Shown here: positions 1 through 16,535 of the stretch, in pieces | How positions within the stretch are numbered: position 1 is the first letter of the stretch | Layout of the letters: the number at the start of each line of letters is the position of its first letter | NCBI GenBank assembly: GCA_964234715.1 | Contig: OZ174287.1 | Length of the DNA: 64,000 bases | Strand: one strand, 5' to 3' | Source of the DNA: Podarcis melisellensis | Taxonomy: Eukaryota | Position numbers and translations under genes: made by a program | The notes under the pieces: model-generated | The model's input: the letters and a program-made list of their open reading frames with translations, nothing else | Told to the model about the DNA's origin: nothing | Database searches by the model: none

Positions 1-1241
1 CCCACAAGGCAAAGCATCGCCCTGAGAAGCTCTGAGTGAGCTTTTTCTTGGCAACGGCTGATGGTGGAATGAAGCCTTAGCAGCCCCACCCTCCCAATTT
101 GAACTTGCTCCCATAAGCCCCTTGCCTGAGAAGGGTGGCTCCTCAAAGAGCCAACCCTTTGGCCTGAAGGCGGCAGGCATTCCTGCTTTGTTTTGCGGCC
201 TCTCGCCTGGCATTCTCCCTGTGGCAGACTCTTCAGGTGAACTGGGCTTGGAGGAAGGCACCTGTAAGGGGTTCTGCAGGCCCCTGGCTAGCAACCTCTG
301 GTTCTGTATCAGGAAACCTTGGCCAGTGACACAGCAGCCCTAGTTTCTGCTAGTTCCACCTGCTCTGTCTCTGCCCTTGTTCCAAGAGCCTTGGCACCAA
401 AAGCAGATAGTGTGACCAAGGTTTCTTCTAGGCGAGCTCTCTTGTTCGTTTTTCATTCATTCACCCGCATCCTTTTGTGTTCATATCCTGCTTTTCCCTC
501 AAGGAACTCGAGATAGCATCCATGGCTCTTGCACATGTGCATACACACATTTTTATTTTATTTTATTTTAGCCGCAACCCTGCAATGTAGGTTAGTTTGA
601 GAGCTCGTTCCTAGCTTATTGTTTCCCAGTGAGCTTTTGACAGCATGGTTGCCTTACAGCGGGTTTATTCTGCCCAGGATGGGCAGGCAGACCTGTATTG
701 TGAGGCCCACAGGCTTCTGTGAGGCCCACAGGCTCCTTAGAGAGTTTCTCTAGAAGACTAGAAATAATGAAAGGAAGCCACTAATGAAAGGACCTCCTAA
801 CATGGGATCAGGTGTTTTCAAAACTGGGGGCGATTCATCACTCATCCTACTCTTAATAGGAAGCCGCAAAACGAGTGGAAACATTTTATGAACCTTGTGG
901 GAGACCTTTTCTGAACAGGACTTCCTTGTGAGTAAGCATTTTGAAAGGACTGAGGTCATAAAGATGGGCATCGCTGGTCAGTTCTGCACTGCTCTAAATG
1001 CTTTGTGAAGTCCCGCTTTTAACTCCAGTTCTGTTGTGGAAAATCAATGTCTCAGCAGGACTAAATGGCAGTTTAGGATAGATGGCAGTTCTGTCCTGGT
1101 TGAGCAGTATCTTGGGAACACCTCCGATGTAGGCGGGCAGTGAAGGTCTGTGCTGGTGGAGATGCCGTGTTCCTTTCAAGAGTTCATTTCTAAGTCGGTT
1201 GGAAATGAAGTTTAATGCCCCCTCCTTTTATTCTCCCTCAG

Positions 1242-4200
1242 GGTGGTCTTTGGGCCAGAACTTGTGCTTCTGGGTCCAGATGAACAGTTCACGGTGCTCA
1301 GCCTGTCGGGGGGCCGACCCAAGCGCCCCCATGCCCGCCGCGCCCTCTGCCTCCTCCTGGGGCCGGATTTCTGCACTGATGTTGTCACCATTGAAACGGC
1401 TGACCATGCTCGCCTGCAGCTGCAACTGGCTTACAACTGGTGAGTTGGAGACTACTGCTGAAGGGAGGCCGAAGGGAGACCCTCAGGTGGGCCAGGAGGG
1501 GGTTGTGCTGAGGGATGGGGACATGTTGATAACAGTATGGAGGGCTGAAAGTACAGTGGTACCTCAGGTTAGAGACACTTCAGGTTACAGACTCTGCTAA
1601 CCCAGAAATAGTACCTCGGGTTAAGAACTTTACCTCAGGATGAGAACAGAAATCGTGTGGCGGGAGTAGGAGGCCCCATTAGCTAAAGTGGTACCTCAGG
1701 TTAAGAACAGTTTCAGGTTAAGGACGGACCTCCACAACGAATTAAGTTCTTAACCCGAAGTACCACTGTATGCACAGAACTGAGTATTTTTGTTTCTTTT
1801 TTATGTTAACTATAACTCTTCCAGCGCATGCAGGCATACACTGTGTACCTTATTCTCCTCCCAGAATTCATGTGTTTTTTTTAAGCCTCTGGGTTAGCTC
1901 AGTTGGTAAAACATGAGATTCTTAATCTCAGGGTTCTGGGTTCAAGCCCCACATTGGGTGAAAGAATCCTGCATTGCAGGGGGTTGGGCCAGGTGACCCC
2001 TGAGGCCCCTTCCAACTCCATAATTATATGAAATAAAACAGGATGGGGAAAGACGCATGTGTCACCCAGGTGTCTTTACAGTTCACATGTAAAGCAAACG
2101 TGGGATGTATTTCTTTTTTAAACGAGAAAGAACACATGATGGAGTGGAGGGCAACCCGCCCCTCGCTCCCCAGATTTATTCTCCACCTTCCCTCATTGTG
2201 CCCTGTAGTATTTAAGCCATTTCTCCCAGTCCTCTGGCTCAGTTCCAGCATGGCAGACAGGCTGGGAGGAAACTGGCCAAAAGAAAACTACGGTGGTACT
2301 TCACGCAGCAAGGCTGCAGCAAAGTGTGTTGTGTGTGCCAGGGAGAAGCTGTCATTTCCACCCCTCACTCATTCCTGGTCTGGGTGGGTGGGTGTGTTTT
2401 GAAATAAACCCTGACCCACTTATGTAAGTAAAAGGGCAGAAACACAAACATGTCTCCACTGCATTTTATATGGCACAAAGTAATTTTTTCAGCAGGATCA
2501 CAATGGATAAAATGTGAGTTGGAGGGAAGGAATGAGGTGGGGCCATGGGAGGTCAGGTCAAGTTGGCTAAGAGTTGTGGGAGATGACAGATAACAGTATC
2601 TGTCAGGGAAGACAAGTGTGTTTTGCTGAAGTCCCGTTCCATAAGTACTGGAAGACGGTGCTGCCAAGGCAGGCAGGCTCGCTGAACCTTGACTGCACAC
2701 TGCTGCTGTCATGTATTTTTTTATTTGTTTATACAACTGAGGACTATCAAGTATATCCACCAATTTCCCCCCTCAGGCACTTTGAGATCCCCTCTGCTGC
2801 TGAAGCTTCCCGCCTGTTTAGCGTCCCAGATTTTGTGGGTGATGCCTGCAAGACCCTGGCCTCGCGTATCCGGGGGGCTGTGGCTGCCGTCACCTTTGAC
2901 GACTTCCATAAGGTAAGCTGTGTTTTCCCCCTTGACTTCCTGTCACTCGGAGGGCACAAATACTTATATGTCTCTATTTTTTCCCCTTTCTGTTTGGAAA
3001 AAAACAAATCCTTAGTCCTGTATTCATCAATATCCATGGCCAGACCAATATATTTTGCTGCCTAAGGCAAAGTGGCGGGTCTTGGTTTTGCATTGTCATT
3101 TCCCCAGTTCATTATACTAATGCGTTCGCTGGCGCGGAAGCTGTGAAATGCTATTTCTTACTGGAAGTAAATGTTGCCAGAACTCGAACCGCCTGATCTG
3201 TGCTGCCGTGTTTGGCTTCGATGGGGAAGGGACCATGCGCGGCTCCCTCCGCTTCGCCCCCAACGGCCTCGTCATCAGCAGCATTGACATCCAGAGCGTG
3301 GAGCCCGTGGACCAGAGGACGCGAGATGCCCTCCAGAAAAGCGTCCAGCTGGCTATCGAGATCACCACCAACTCTCAGGAGGCAGCTGCCAAGTAGGGAA
3401 CCTCTCCGGGGGGGGGGGCAGGGGGGGACCCTCAAGCCGACTCTTCCCCAGCTACGCTCCAATCCATGTGACACTTCCTTGGCCAAAGCATTGCCTGGTC
3501 CCTCCTCCTCTTTGGCCTGTTATTCCTGTTCCCCTGTTAGGACAAAATGTCCATGAAACAACCATCTGTCCAGAATTCTGACTCTGGAGCATCGTGATAC
3601 ATGCAGTATCATTTTGGAAAATCTTTAGAAATCATGCTAGTTGCTTTTTTAAAAAAAACACAAAAACCCAATGTAATTCATAGCGACTTAAGACAACATG
3701 AAAACCACCCTAAAAATAAAACAGAAAAATCTAAAACTCGTTCCTTTTATAAAAAGGCAGGACTGTTTTCTATATCCAGTCTCTGCGCACACATCCAATA
3801 TTCTGCATGTACATGGCATGTAGATTTCAAAATCCTGTACCAAATTAAAGCTGGTCTTTGTGGCCACCAGGAATTACACATTTATAGCTCTTTTTCCATC
3901 CAAGATTAGCTCCCAGAGTAGCTCTCAATAAAAACTCACGCAAGTGGTACAATAAAATTAGGGATTTGGGAGGGGAAGATCTCTTCGGTCCAGACCCCGG
4001 GCTCTGCTCTGCTCTCATTCAAAGACAAGCAGCCCTCTCTGCTGGGCAAATGAAAGAGCTGTACACACACCCCTCTTGTGTCCTGTTGCTTGTTCGGTTT
4101 TAGCTAGCTGCGTGAAGAGGCAAGGAGCTAAACCGGGCTCTGCAACCACCGGAAATCTGATTCGGGCATCTCTCTGGCTTCTGAAATTTCAGCAGGTCAT

Positions 4201-6145
4201 TGAGGTGCCACACTTTCAAGCATGTCTTGGCAGCTGCATGGGCAGTTTAAGGCTTCCCAAGCTCCTTTCTTGACTCCATCCAAGTATCCACATCTATTGC
4301 TTTCCAAACATCCAAGCCCCACAAGGAGTTTTTCCTCTTCACTCGCCCCTCTCCATCTTCCTGACCCTTCCACAGGTGGCAAGTGGTCTCTCCCACACCT
4401 TCCCTTTCAGACCACCAGAGCTTCAGACCAAGAGAGGACGATATGGCAACTTTTTTGCAGTCCTTCAAATGGATGAATCTCTGCCCTGCCCACTCTGCCC
4501 TTCTGTTTTCTCCTTCTCTGACACCATTTTCTTTCCCCCACATCTCAGGCACGAAGCAGAGAGGCTGGAGCAAGAGGCTCGTGGGCGTCTTGAGCGGCAG
4601 AAAATCCTTGACCAGGCCGAGGCCGAACGGGCCCGGAAGGAGCTGCTGGAGCTGGAAGCACTGAGGTGAGCGAGTCAGGATTGAGAAGGGGCCAACCCCG
4701 AAGTGGCCCAGAGCCTAGCATGGGCCCGGCGGCAGATAACGACCAGGGGGGCTTCACCTTCCCTCACTCCTCTCCCCACAGCACAGCGGTCGAGAGCACC
4801 GGGGCGGCAAAGGCCGAAGCCCAGTCACGGGCAGAAGCTGCCCGGATTGAAGGTGAAGGGGCAGTACTGCAGGCCAAGCTGAAGGCCGAAGCTACAGCCA
4901 TAGAGACGGTGAGCTCCTCTGCGTCCTCTTGTGGTTCTTTCCTAGTCTTGCCTCCCTCTTGGCGCCAAGACAGTGGCGGCTCTCCTGTTCCCCTCTCTAG
5001 CAAAGGGCAGTGGTACCTTGGTTCTCAAACTTAATCCATTCTGGGAGTCCATTTGACTCCCGAAACCGTTCAAAAACTAAAGCGTGGCTTCCAATTGGCT
5101 GCAGGAGCTTCCTACACTCAATTGGAAGCCACGATCGCAAACTGGAACACTTCCAGGGTTGGGGAGTTCAGGAGCCTATATGTTCGCCAGCTAAGCCGTT
5201 CAGGAACCAAGGTGTGCTGCGGGCTGCTGGGAAAACTCATCTGAAAACTATGTTGACTGCTATAATTTCTTCTTCTTTTTTGTATTCTTTTTTTAAAAAT
5301 CTCCATAGCATTTGTCACCAAACAGTTTTTTATACATACACAGTTTCTTCTTGACTTCCCACCCCTCCTTTCCTGATGTTTGTTTTTTAACTCCTTTTTA
5401 TTAACTGTTTCGATAATCCACGGCTTCTGTTTCAAATCTTGCCTGCCACTTCATGTATGGGTGATAATTTGATAGATAAATCCATCTGTGGTCTCATTTC
5501 CTCCTTAAACACTTCATCATTGTGCCCTTGTAATTTAGCAGTCAATTTCGCCATTTTTCCAACTGCTATAATTTCCCTCCCAACTGTCAGAAGCTTGCTT
5601 ACTCTCCTCCTTTCTGTGCTTAACTCATAACTGCGCCTTTAGCCTAATAATAGCGTTGTTTTGGTTCTCTGTTTTGTAAGCACAGTTCTCTAGCGCTTGC
5701 CAGGGTTGGGGCATTTTGCTACAGTAGTGGATTTTTTTGCACAGAGATAGAGTTGAGTTGGATGGCATGCTGAGATCCATTTCAGCTCTAGCATTCTACC
5801 CTTGTCTGAGTGGAATTAAAAATTCCTGATTAAGAAAATGTTTCTTAATCAATACATCAAGAACACTACACTCGGGAACGCCGGACCTGGAGACTTTTAA
5901 AATTCCATGGCTCAGCTAGTCCAGGAGCCTTTGGCTCGGTGGCTCCTTCGGCGGGCCCTAGGCCCTGGCAGCTGCCCAAATTTGTTTAAAAGAAATGATG
6001 GCTGTATCAGTGGCACGTTTGAATTTTTAAATACATTGACTGAATCCAGAAGTGCCTTTCTGTATACAAAAGCCATCTTCCTCTTGTCGAAGTGGGGCCT
6101 TTCTTTATACCCTTGTCTCCAGGACATTGGGAAAGAAAAGTGGAA

Positions 6146-6176
<31 letters not shown>

Positions 6177-8227
6177 GCTTTTCCTTTGGTGTAAAGCTCT
6201 TCCATAATTGGAAGTATGAGACCCAGTTATCAAGACTGCATGCCACACACTGCTTTGCTTCTAGGCTCTTGTGCAGATGTTTTAATGTAGAGCTGGCTTT
6301 AAAACTGTGGCCCTCCAGATGTTGGTGAATTCCCAACTCAAGCTACCTTGAGTCCTGCCAGGGGGAAAAGCGAGGTATAGATAAATCTGCAATAATATAT
6401 AATAATCGGCCACCATGGTCAATGGCAAGGAATGGTGGGAGTTGTAATCCAAGGCCATCTGCTCCTGGTCTAAGGAACCGTGCTAGTGGACTGCTTTGGC
6501 TTCCACTCAGATGTTTGGATCCAAACCAATGTGTCCTCCTATGTGCAATGTTTATTTCAGAAAAACAGCCCAAACCCTTTTATGCTGGTTGTCATTGTCC
6601 CATGTGCTGAGCATGTTGCGCACTTTCTTCCCCACCATCCCTTGCAGGAGTCGGAACTGAAGCGCCTGGACCGAGCGCGAGAGCAGGAGCTGCGCTTCTG
6701 CAAGACTCAGGCTGAGCTGGACGTGGCTCGGGCGGAGGCTCTGGCTGCTGTTGAAGTGAAGAAATTTGAGGCGGTGATAAATGCGCTGGGGGCCAGCACT
6801 ATCCGTGACATTGCTGTGGCCGGCCCAGAGATGCAGGTGAGAAGCGAGGAGAGGAGAGAGGGTTCTGGAGCAATAGGGAGGGGTTCTTTAGAAGTGTGTC
6901 ACTTTTATCGGGGAAGGAGCCATAGCTCAGTGGCAAAGCTTGTGCTTGGTCCCAGTTCTTTCCCTGCTGGCTGCTTCCGTTAGGAAGGATGAGCCTGCCA
7001 GGTGGAGTAGAAGATAACTGAGCTTTTTCTAAAGCAAGTAACTTGACCTAGCCTAAGGACTTGAGGGATGTGGGGGGACAAAACAGAACTTGAGTGTTAG
7101 CAACAGGGAATCCTAAGAGATTGCTATGTTTTGGCCAAGGGGATTGATGAATTATCTCACTAATCTTGTGCAAGGTCCTTGAGCGGGTGGTTGCGGACCA
7201 GATCCAGGCATTCTTGGAGGAAAATGATTTTCTAGATCCATTTCAGTCGGGGTTCAGGTCTGGTTTTGGCACAGAAACTGCTTTGGTTGCCCTGTATGAT
7301 GACCTCTGTTGGGAGAGAGACAGGGGAAATGTGTCCCTGTTAATTCCCCTCAACGTCTCAGTGGCTCTCAATACCACTGACCACTGTATCCTTCTGGAGT
7401 TAGGAGTGGGTTGCCCTGAGTGCCCAGCTGCACCCCTATCTGCAGAGCGGTAGCCTAAGTTTGGTTCTCTGTGCTCTGGTAACCTCTAGATTAGATTACT
7501 GCAAGACATTATATGTGGGGCTGCCTCTGAAGATGGCTTGGAAATTTCAGCTGGTGCAGAATTTGGCAGCCAGGCTGCTCACCTGGGCAAGATGATTTGA
7601 GCATATTACACTGATCATGGCCTGACTGCACTGGCTGCCAATGAGTTTCCAGGCCTAATTCAAAGTGCTGGTTTTGACCTTTAAAGCTTTAAATGGCTCA
7701 GGACTACCTCTCCCCATATGACCCAACCTGGACCCTGCAATCATCCTCTGAGGCCCTTCTTCATGTGACTCCTCCATGAGATGTCTGGAGGGTGGCAACA
7801 CAGGAATGGGCCATTTCTGCGGTGGCTCCCCATTTGTGGAATGCCCTCTCCAGGGAAGCTTGCCTGGTGCCTTCATTACATATTTTTAGGCACCAGGTGA
7901 AGATTTTTCTCTTTAACTAGGCCTTTGGCTGATTGATGTTCTATGCCTTTCAAAATGTGTTAGTGGGAGGGGGGGTTATTGGTTTTTGTTATTTTATTTT
8001 ATGTCATTTTATATTTTTAGGTTGTGCCCTGTGATCGTTGGATGAAGGGTGGTATACAGATTTAATTATATTATTATTAATAAAATAAATTATCTTCCAT
8101 GCAGGCAAAACTACTCCAGGGCCTGGGCATTCAATCCACACTCATCACAGATGGTTCTTCCCCTATCAACCTTTTCACAGCTGCAGGAGGATTGTTGGGG
8201 ATTTTGCCCAAGCCTTCTGAGACCTGA
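1242..8227 (+). CDS. MVP: Major vault protein, 3' part (5' exons lie upstream of the window). Exons 1242-1439, 2777-2912, 3181-3392, 4549-4665, 4782-4908, 6648-6836, 8105-8227
   Basis: All introns are GT-AG with compatible phases. Translation [29 protein letters not shown]...HFEIP...[12 protein letters not shown]...[32 protein letters not shown]...[30 protein letters not shown]...PSET* matches the MVP shoulder/cap region. AATAAA at 8366-8371. Confidence 0.97.
1554..1768 (+). mobile_element. Tc1/mariner-type (Tigger-like) non-autonomous MITE
   Basis: Terminal inverted repeats CAGTGGTAC...GTACCACTG with TA on both sides and internal CAGGTTAAG repeats; several copies occur in the window. Confidence 0.85.
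1890..2020 (+). mobile_element. SINE with a tRNA-Lys(CTT)-derived head and CR1-like tail
   Basis: TAGCTCAGTTGGTAAAACATGAGATTCTTAATCTCAGGGTTCTGGGTTCAAGCCCCACATTGGG followed by CCTGCATTGCAGGGGGTTGG...CCCTTCCAACTC. Confidence 0.8.
5008..5250 (+). mobile_element. Truncated related MITE subfamily (a similar start occurs near 58756)
   Basis: Begins CAGTGGTACCTTGGTTCTCAAACTTAA; no right TIR found. Confidence 0.55.
5250..5650 (-). mobile_element. Possible decayed L1-type LINE 3' fragment
   Basis: Minus-strand remnant peptide ...MAKLTAKL...FKEE... followed by an A-rich tail; weak. Confidence 0.35.
7160..8060 (+). mobile_element. Decayed L2-clade LINE fragment (reverse transcriptase and 3' end) in the last MVP intron
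   Basis: Peptide [45 protein letters not shown], with later HWLP...[12 protein letters not shown] remnants disrupted by stops and frameshifts. Confidence 0.85.
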
Positions 8228-8567
8228 TAGATCCTGGAGATGGATGCTTCCCTTCCGGATGAAAGCTTTCTTTAAGTACCTTTGCAAACAACATAGAATG
8301 TAATAATTTCCCCAGGCCATCGGAGCCTCCTTTGAATGTGCCTTTTTTTTTTTGTACAAGTATACAATAAACACTGAAGCAATCTATTCTCTGTAATTCC
8401 CTTACTCATTTTCATTTAAACTATGGAGTTGTCGTCTTGTGGGAACATTGATCCTGGGTTTGTTGGGAAGAATCTTGGCTTTTAAGTGAAGGAGGGAGTG
8501 TTGGTCAGAGATGGGAGGCACATCCATTGTGAGGTCATAGAAAGTGGGTGTGGCCAGGAGAGCAGCT

Positions 8568-10424
8568 ATGCTGAGCAGAGGGCAATTTCTGCTACTCCAG
8601 CTCCTGTACTCTTTTACAAATCTCCCTGGGCTGATCCTGAGTAGTCCTCTGCTTGTGACAGGTGAACACAGGTCTTCCTCCACTGGGCCTCCTTCCACCC
8701 CACTCATCCCCAGCAGCAGTGAATGCTGCAGAAGTGACCATGGCTCAGTGCTATTCCTTTCAGGCAGAGGATCCCAGGTTCAATATCTGCATCTCCCGTG
8801 AAAAGGGTCTGGATTAGGAAATGATGGGGAAGACCTTCCAGCTGAGATGCTGGAGAGCTGCTGCCAGTTGGGGTAGACAATACTGATCTAGGTTTAAGGC
8901 TGCTTCCTAGACCTTGCCTTATGAACCCTGGGATGTTTCATCTGGCTGTGTGAAGGGTCTCTCCACAGTATAATTTTGACCCCTGGCATTTCCACGCTAC
9001 TCGTTTTAAACTGCTTTAATTGAAAGCCATAACAGGGAGTCCTTGGATTCTGATCTAGAAATGTGTCAACAACCTTGCATTATTTTTATATTTTATATTT
9101 TTATACGGTTCCAGCCCTGAATCAACCAAGTTAAGGCCCTTTGAAACTACATGTTATACTTGTTGAAGTGATATGGTTACTGCCAAAATTCCCCATTACC
9201 GCAGTAGCTTCCAAGTAGGTTCTCAGCGGAGATTATCGTCCCAATAAGGTTCTGATGATGTTGGATTGCTGAGGCCTCTTTCCTTCTCCATGTTCGTCTT
9301 GCAGCACAGATTGTAGCAGGAAACATTTGCTCCTTTTTAACTTCCGCTCTTGCCCAAGCAAAGTAAAGGGCTGTGCGGGGCAACTGTTTGCGAGGCCAAA
9401 AGGAGTTTGCGGTGGGCTGTGTGGGGCCTAAATCAGGGCTACGCTAAAGCATTAGCATTGTGTGGCTGGCTGGTAGAGAAATATTCATTGCTGCTGCAAT
9501 GCAAAGGCGTGACTGTTCGTGGAACAGGAAATCAGTAGCAAATGTTTCTTTGAAAACAGATTTTTTTGTGTGCTTGCGTTTGTAATGAGGTAAATGGACT
9601 AAGCACAGGAATGCTAAAAGCGCCCACTGATGGGAGGTGCTTTTGGGGCCCACAGCTCGTGCAGGAAACCCGGGGAATGCCACCGAGCCGGATTTGTCCC
9701 GACATCAGCCGCTCTGGTTTGATTATCCCGACACAGATGAGAAGAAGATCCTTGCTGTTTACAAGCTCATTGGAGAGCAGCCTGAGTTTATTCCCCCAAG
9801 TGAGTCCCCCTGCCACTCCTGTCTCTTGACCCTCTCTCAAACGCTCCCTCCCCAATAGGACCTGCAGGGGAGGGGGCTGAGCACAGCCTTTGCAGGAACC
9901 AAGTCCCAGCATGTGCAATCCCTGGCATCTCCAGGTAAGAGCTGGGAAAGACCCAGAGTGCCACTGATGGCCTGAGTTGACCATATTAGGCTAGCTGGAC
10001 TAATGGCCTGATTCACCCTGCTCTATGCCTAACCTCTGCTGTCCTCCCTTTCCAGAATGATTCAGGACTGCTTTGGGCTTTCTCCTCCTTGCCCTAGCTC
10101 TGCTCTAGCCTTGCCCTATTTCCCCATGACAAACCAACCCTCCTCTTCTCTGCCCCCTGCAGGTTCATTCCCTCACCAGCTGCGTTATATCCTAGTGGGA
10201 TCCATTATACTCATCCTGCTGTTCTTCCTCTATCAGATCATATCGAAAGTGTATGTGTCATTTTGGTCGGTGTATATTATGCTGCAAGTATTCTCCCTGC
10301 CTCCTTATTGCCTTTGGATATCATTATTTACTCCCACCTCCACGGATGGAATGACACCCCTTCCCCTCTTTCTTCTTCTTCCGCAATTTCATTCAGGATC
10401 TTCAAGAAGTCAAATGCAGGATAA
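8568..10424 (+). CDS. FIMP1: Fertilization-influencing membrane protein (C16orf92 orthologue). Exons 8568-8661, 9656-9799, 10163-10250, 10397-10424
   Basis: Spliced product: signal-peptide-like MLSRGQFLLLQLLYSFTNLPGLILSSPLLVT, then ...WFDYPDTDEKKILAVYKLIGEQPEFIPP, then TM segment YILVGSIILILLFFLYQII, then SKVIFKKSNAG*. The FDYPD..D...LAV...IGE.P motif matches recalled human C16orf92. The gene is tail-to-tail with TLCD3B as in human. AATAAA at 10491-10496. Exon 1 is the least certain. Confidence 0.85.
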
Positions 10425-11510
10425 ACATCCAGGTGATCAGCAGATACGGCTCTGTAGCCAGCCAGCCACTCTTTGTCTTTTCCTCTGTTCAATAAAAGGC
10501 TATTGAATGAGGGGGTTTTTTTGCAATTGGTGTGATGTGCCAATGGAAAATCAAAGGGGGAAGGAGAGAGCTGGGATTGACAGGTTTGGTTTATGGGGCA
10601 CACGAGGGCTTAAACAGCAGACAGACCTAAGTTCAGTACTGCGAGTGGCCGGTGGAAGGCTTAGCAGGGAGAAGAAAGAAAGACACACATTGGCCCTCTG
10701 CTGGCATTAGATAAAGGCTCCTTTAATACTTTTGCAGACCTCAGGTTATAAATACAGCCCGCCCACCCCCTATTTACAGCTGGATCCCTGCCCCATGGAA
10801 TGGGCGTTCCTAGGAGGGAAGAGGGAAGGGGTTGGTGTGCCAAACAGAGGAGGCGGTGGAGGCAGGAGGCTTGGTTATTGCTAGGTGGAGGGAGGGGTGG
10901 GTGCATGTTAGGAAGCACACCTCTTGGAACCTTCCCAGTGCAAGGGGATACATTTTATACAGCATTTGGGGGTTTTCTGGGCAGGTGGCATCACAGTAAT
11001 ACTGAAGATCACTGGCAATTTAGCAGCATCCAAAAATTCCAGGGTGTTTCCCTATCAGCTACCCTACAACAATTCCTAATTCTGCTGATAGAACCCCTAA
11101 TAATACAGTGTGAGGAAATCCAGACTATTTCCCTGCCCCTTTTAATAATAGCTGTGATACTGTGACACTATGGATAATAGTATAGAAAAGCCCCCGTTGT
11201 CTCTCTTCCCTTCCTCCCCACCCCCATCACTAGCATCTCTCTCTGTTCCCAAGAAACAGCACCACCCCACCCAAATAACTGAGTTGTCTCCTTGCCTAGT
11301 ATGGGCTCAGGTAGTCCTGGGGTGCTCACAGCATTGTGTGGAAATAAATAGCACATATATTCTTTTTTTGGGGGGGGTGATTTGTGAGAGCCCCTAACAC
11401 ACTAGAGATGCCTTGTTCTTATCTTGCAGCCTCAAATAAACTTCGTCCATGTACCCTGTTCTCAGCCCTCCTATATAACCACTGGCCTGAAAGTCCCTCT
11501 GTAAAAGAAA

Positions 11511-11514
<4 letters not shown>

Positions 11515-11556
<42 letters not shown>
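11515..11556. repeat. (TA)n microsatellite
   Basis: Seen directly. Confidence 0.95.
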
Positions 11557-11561
<5 letters not shown>

Positions 11562-11864
11562 TGGTTTAGGTCTCTACCCCCATCCCCGCCCCCGAGGAAT
11601 TTCAAAATACTGAGTGTTGCAATATTAGAGGGCTGCCTTTAGCGAAGGAACCCCGCACTGCACCAAAGGACTATTGTCTTTGTCCCTTCCAAATACTTCA
11701 CTGGAACCCCCCACCCCCCGCAACGCCTTTCCAGGCCTCCCCAAATCCCCTTTGGCCTAGGAGCCCACTCCCCCAATCCATCCAGTCCCTCCCATACCCC
11801 AATAAATAAATAAGTTAGAGGAAATGTGGTCTGTCCGTCTGTGGCTGAGGAGGGAGAGGTATCA

Positions 11865-16535
<4,671 letters not shown>

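Noticed and set aside
699-734. 19-bp tandem duplication (another short duplication near 48333-48374)
   Set aside because: Two copies only, with no spacers; ordinary slippage rather than an array or CRISPR.
1890-1960. tRNA-Lys-like sequence as a tRNA gene
   Set aside because: It has mismatched stems, runs into a CR1-like tail and occurs in several dispersed copies, so it is a SINE head.
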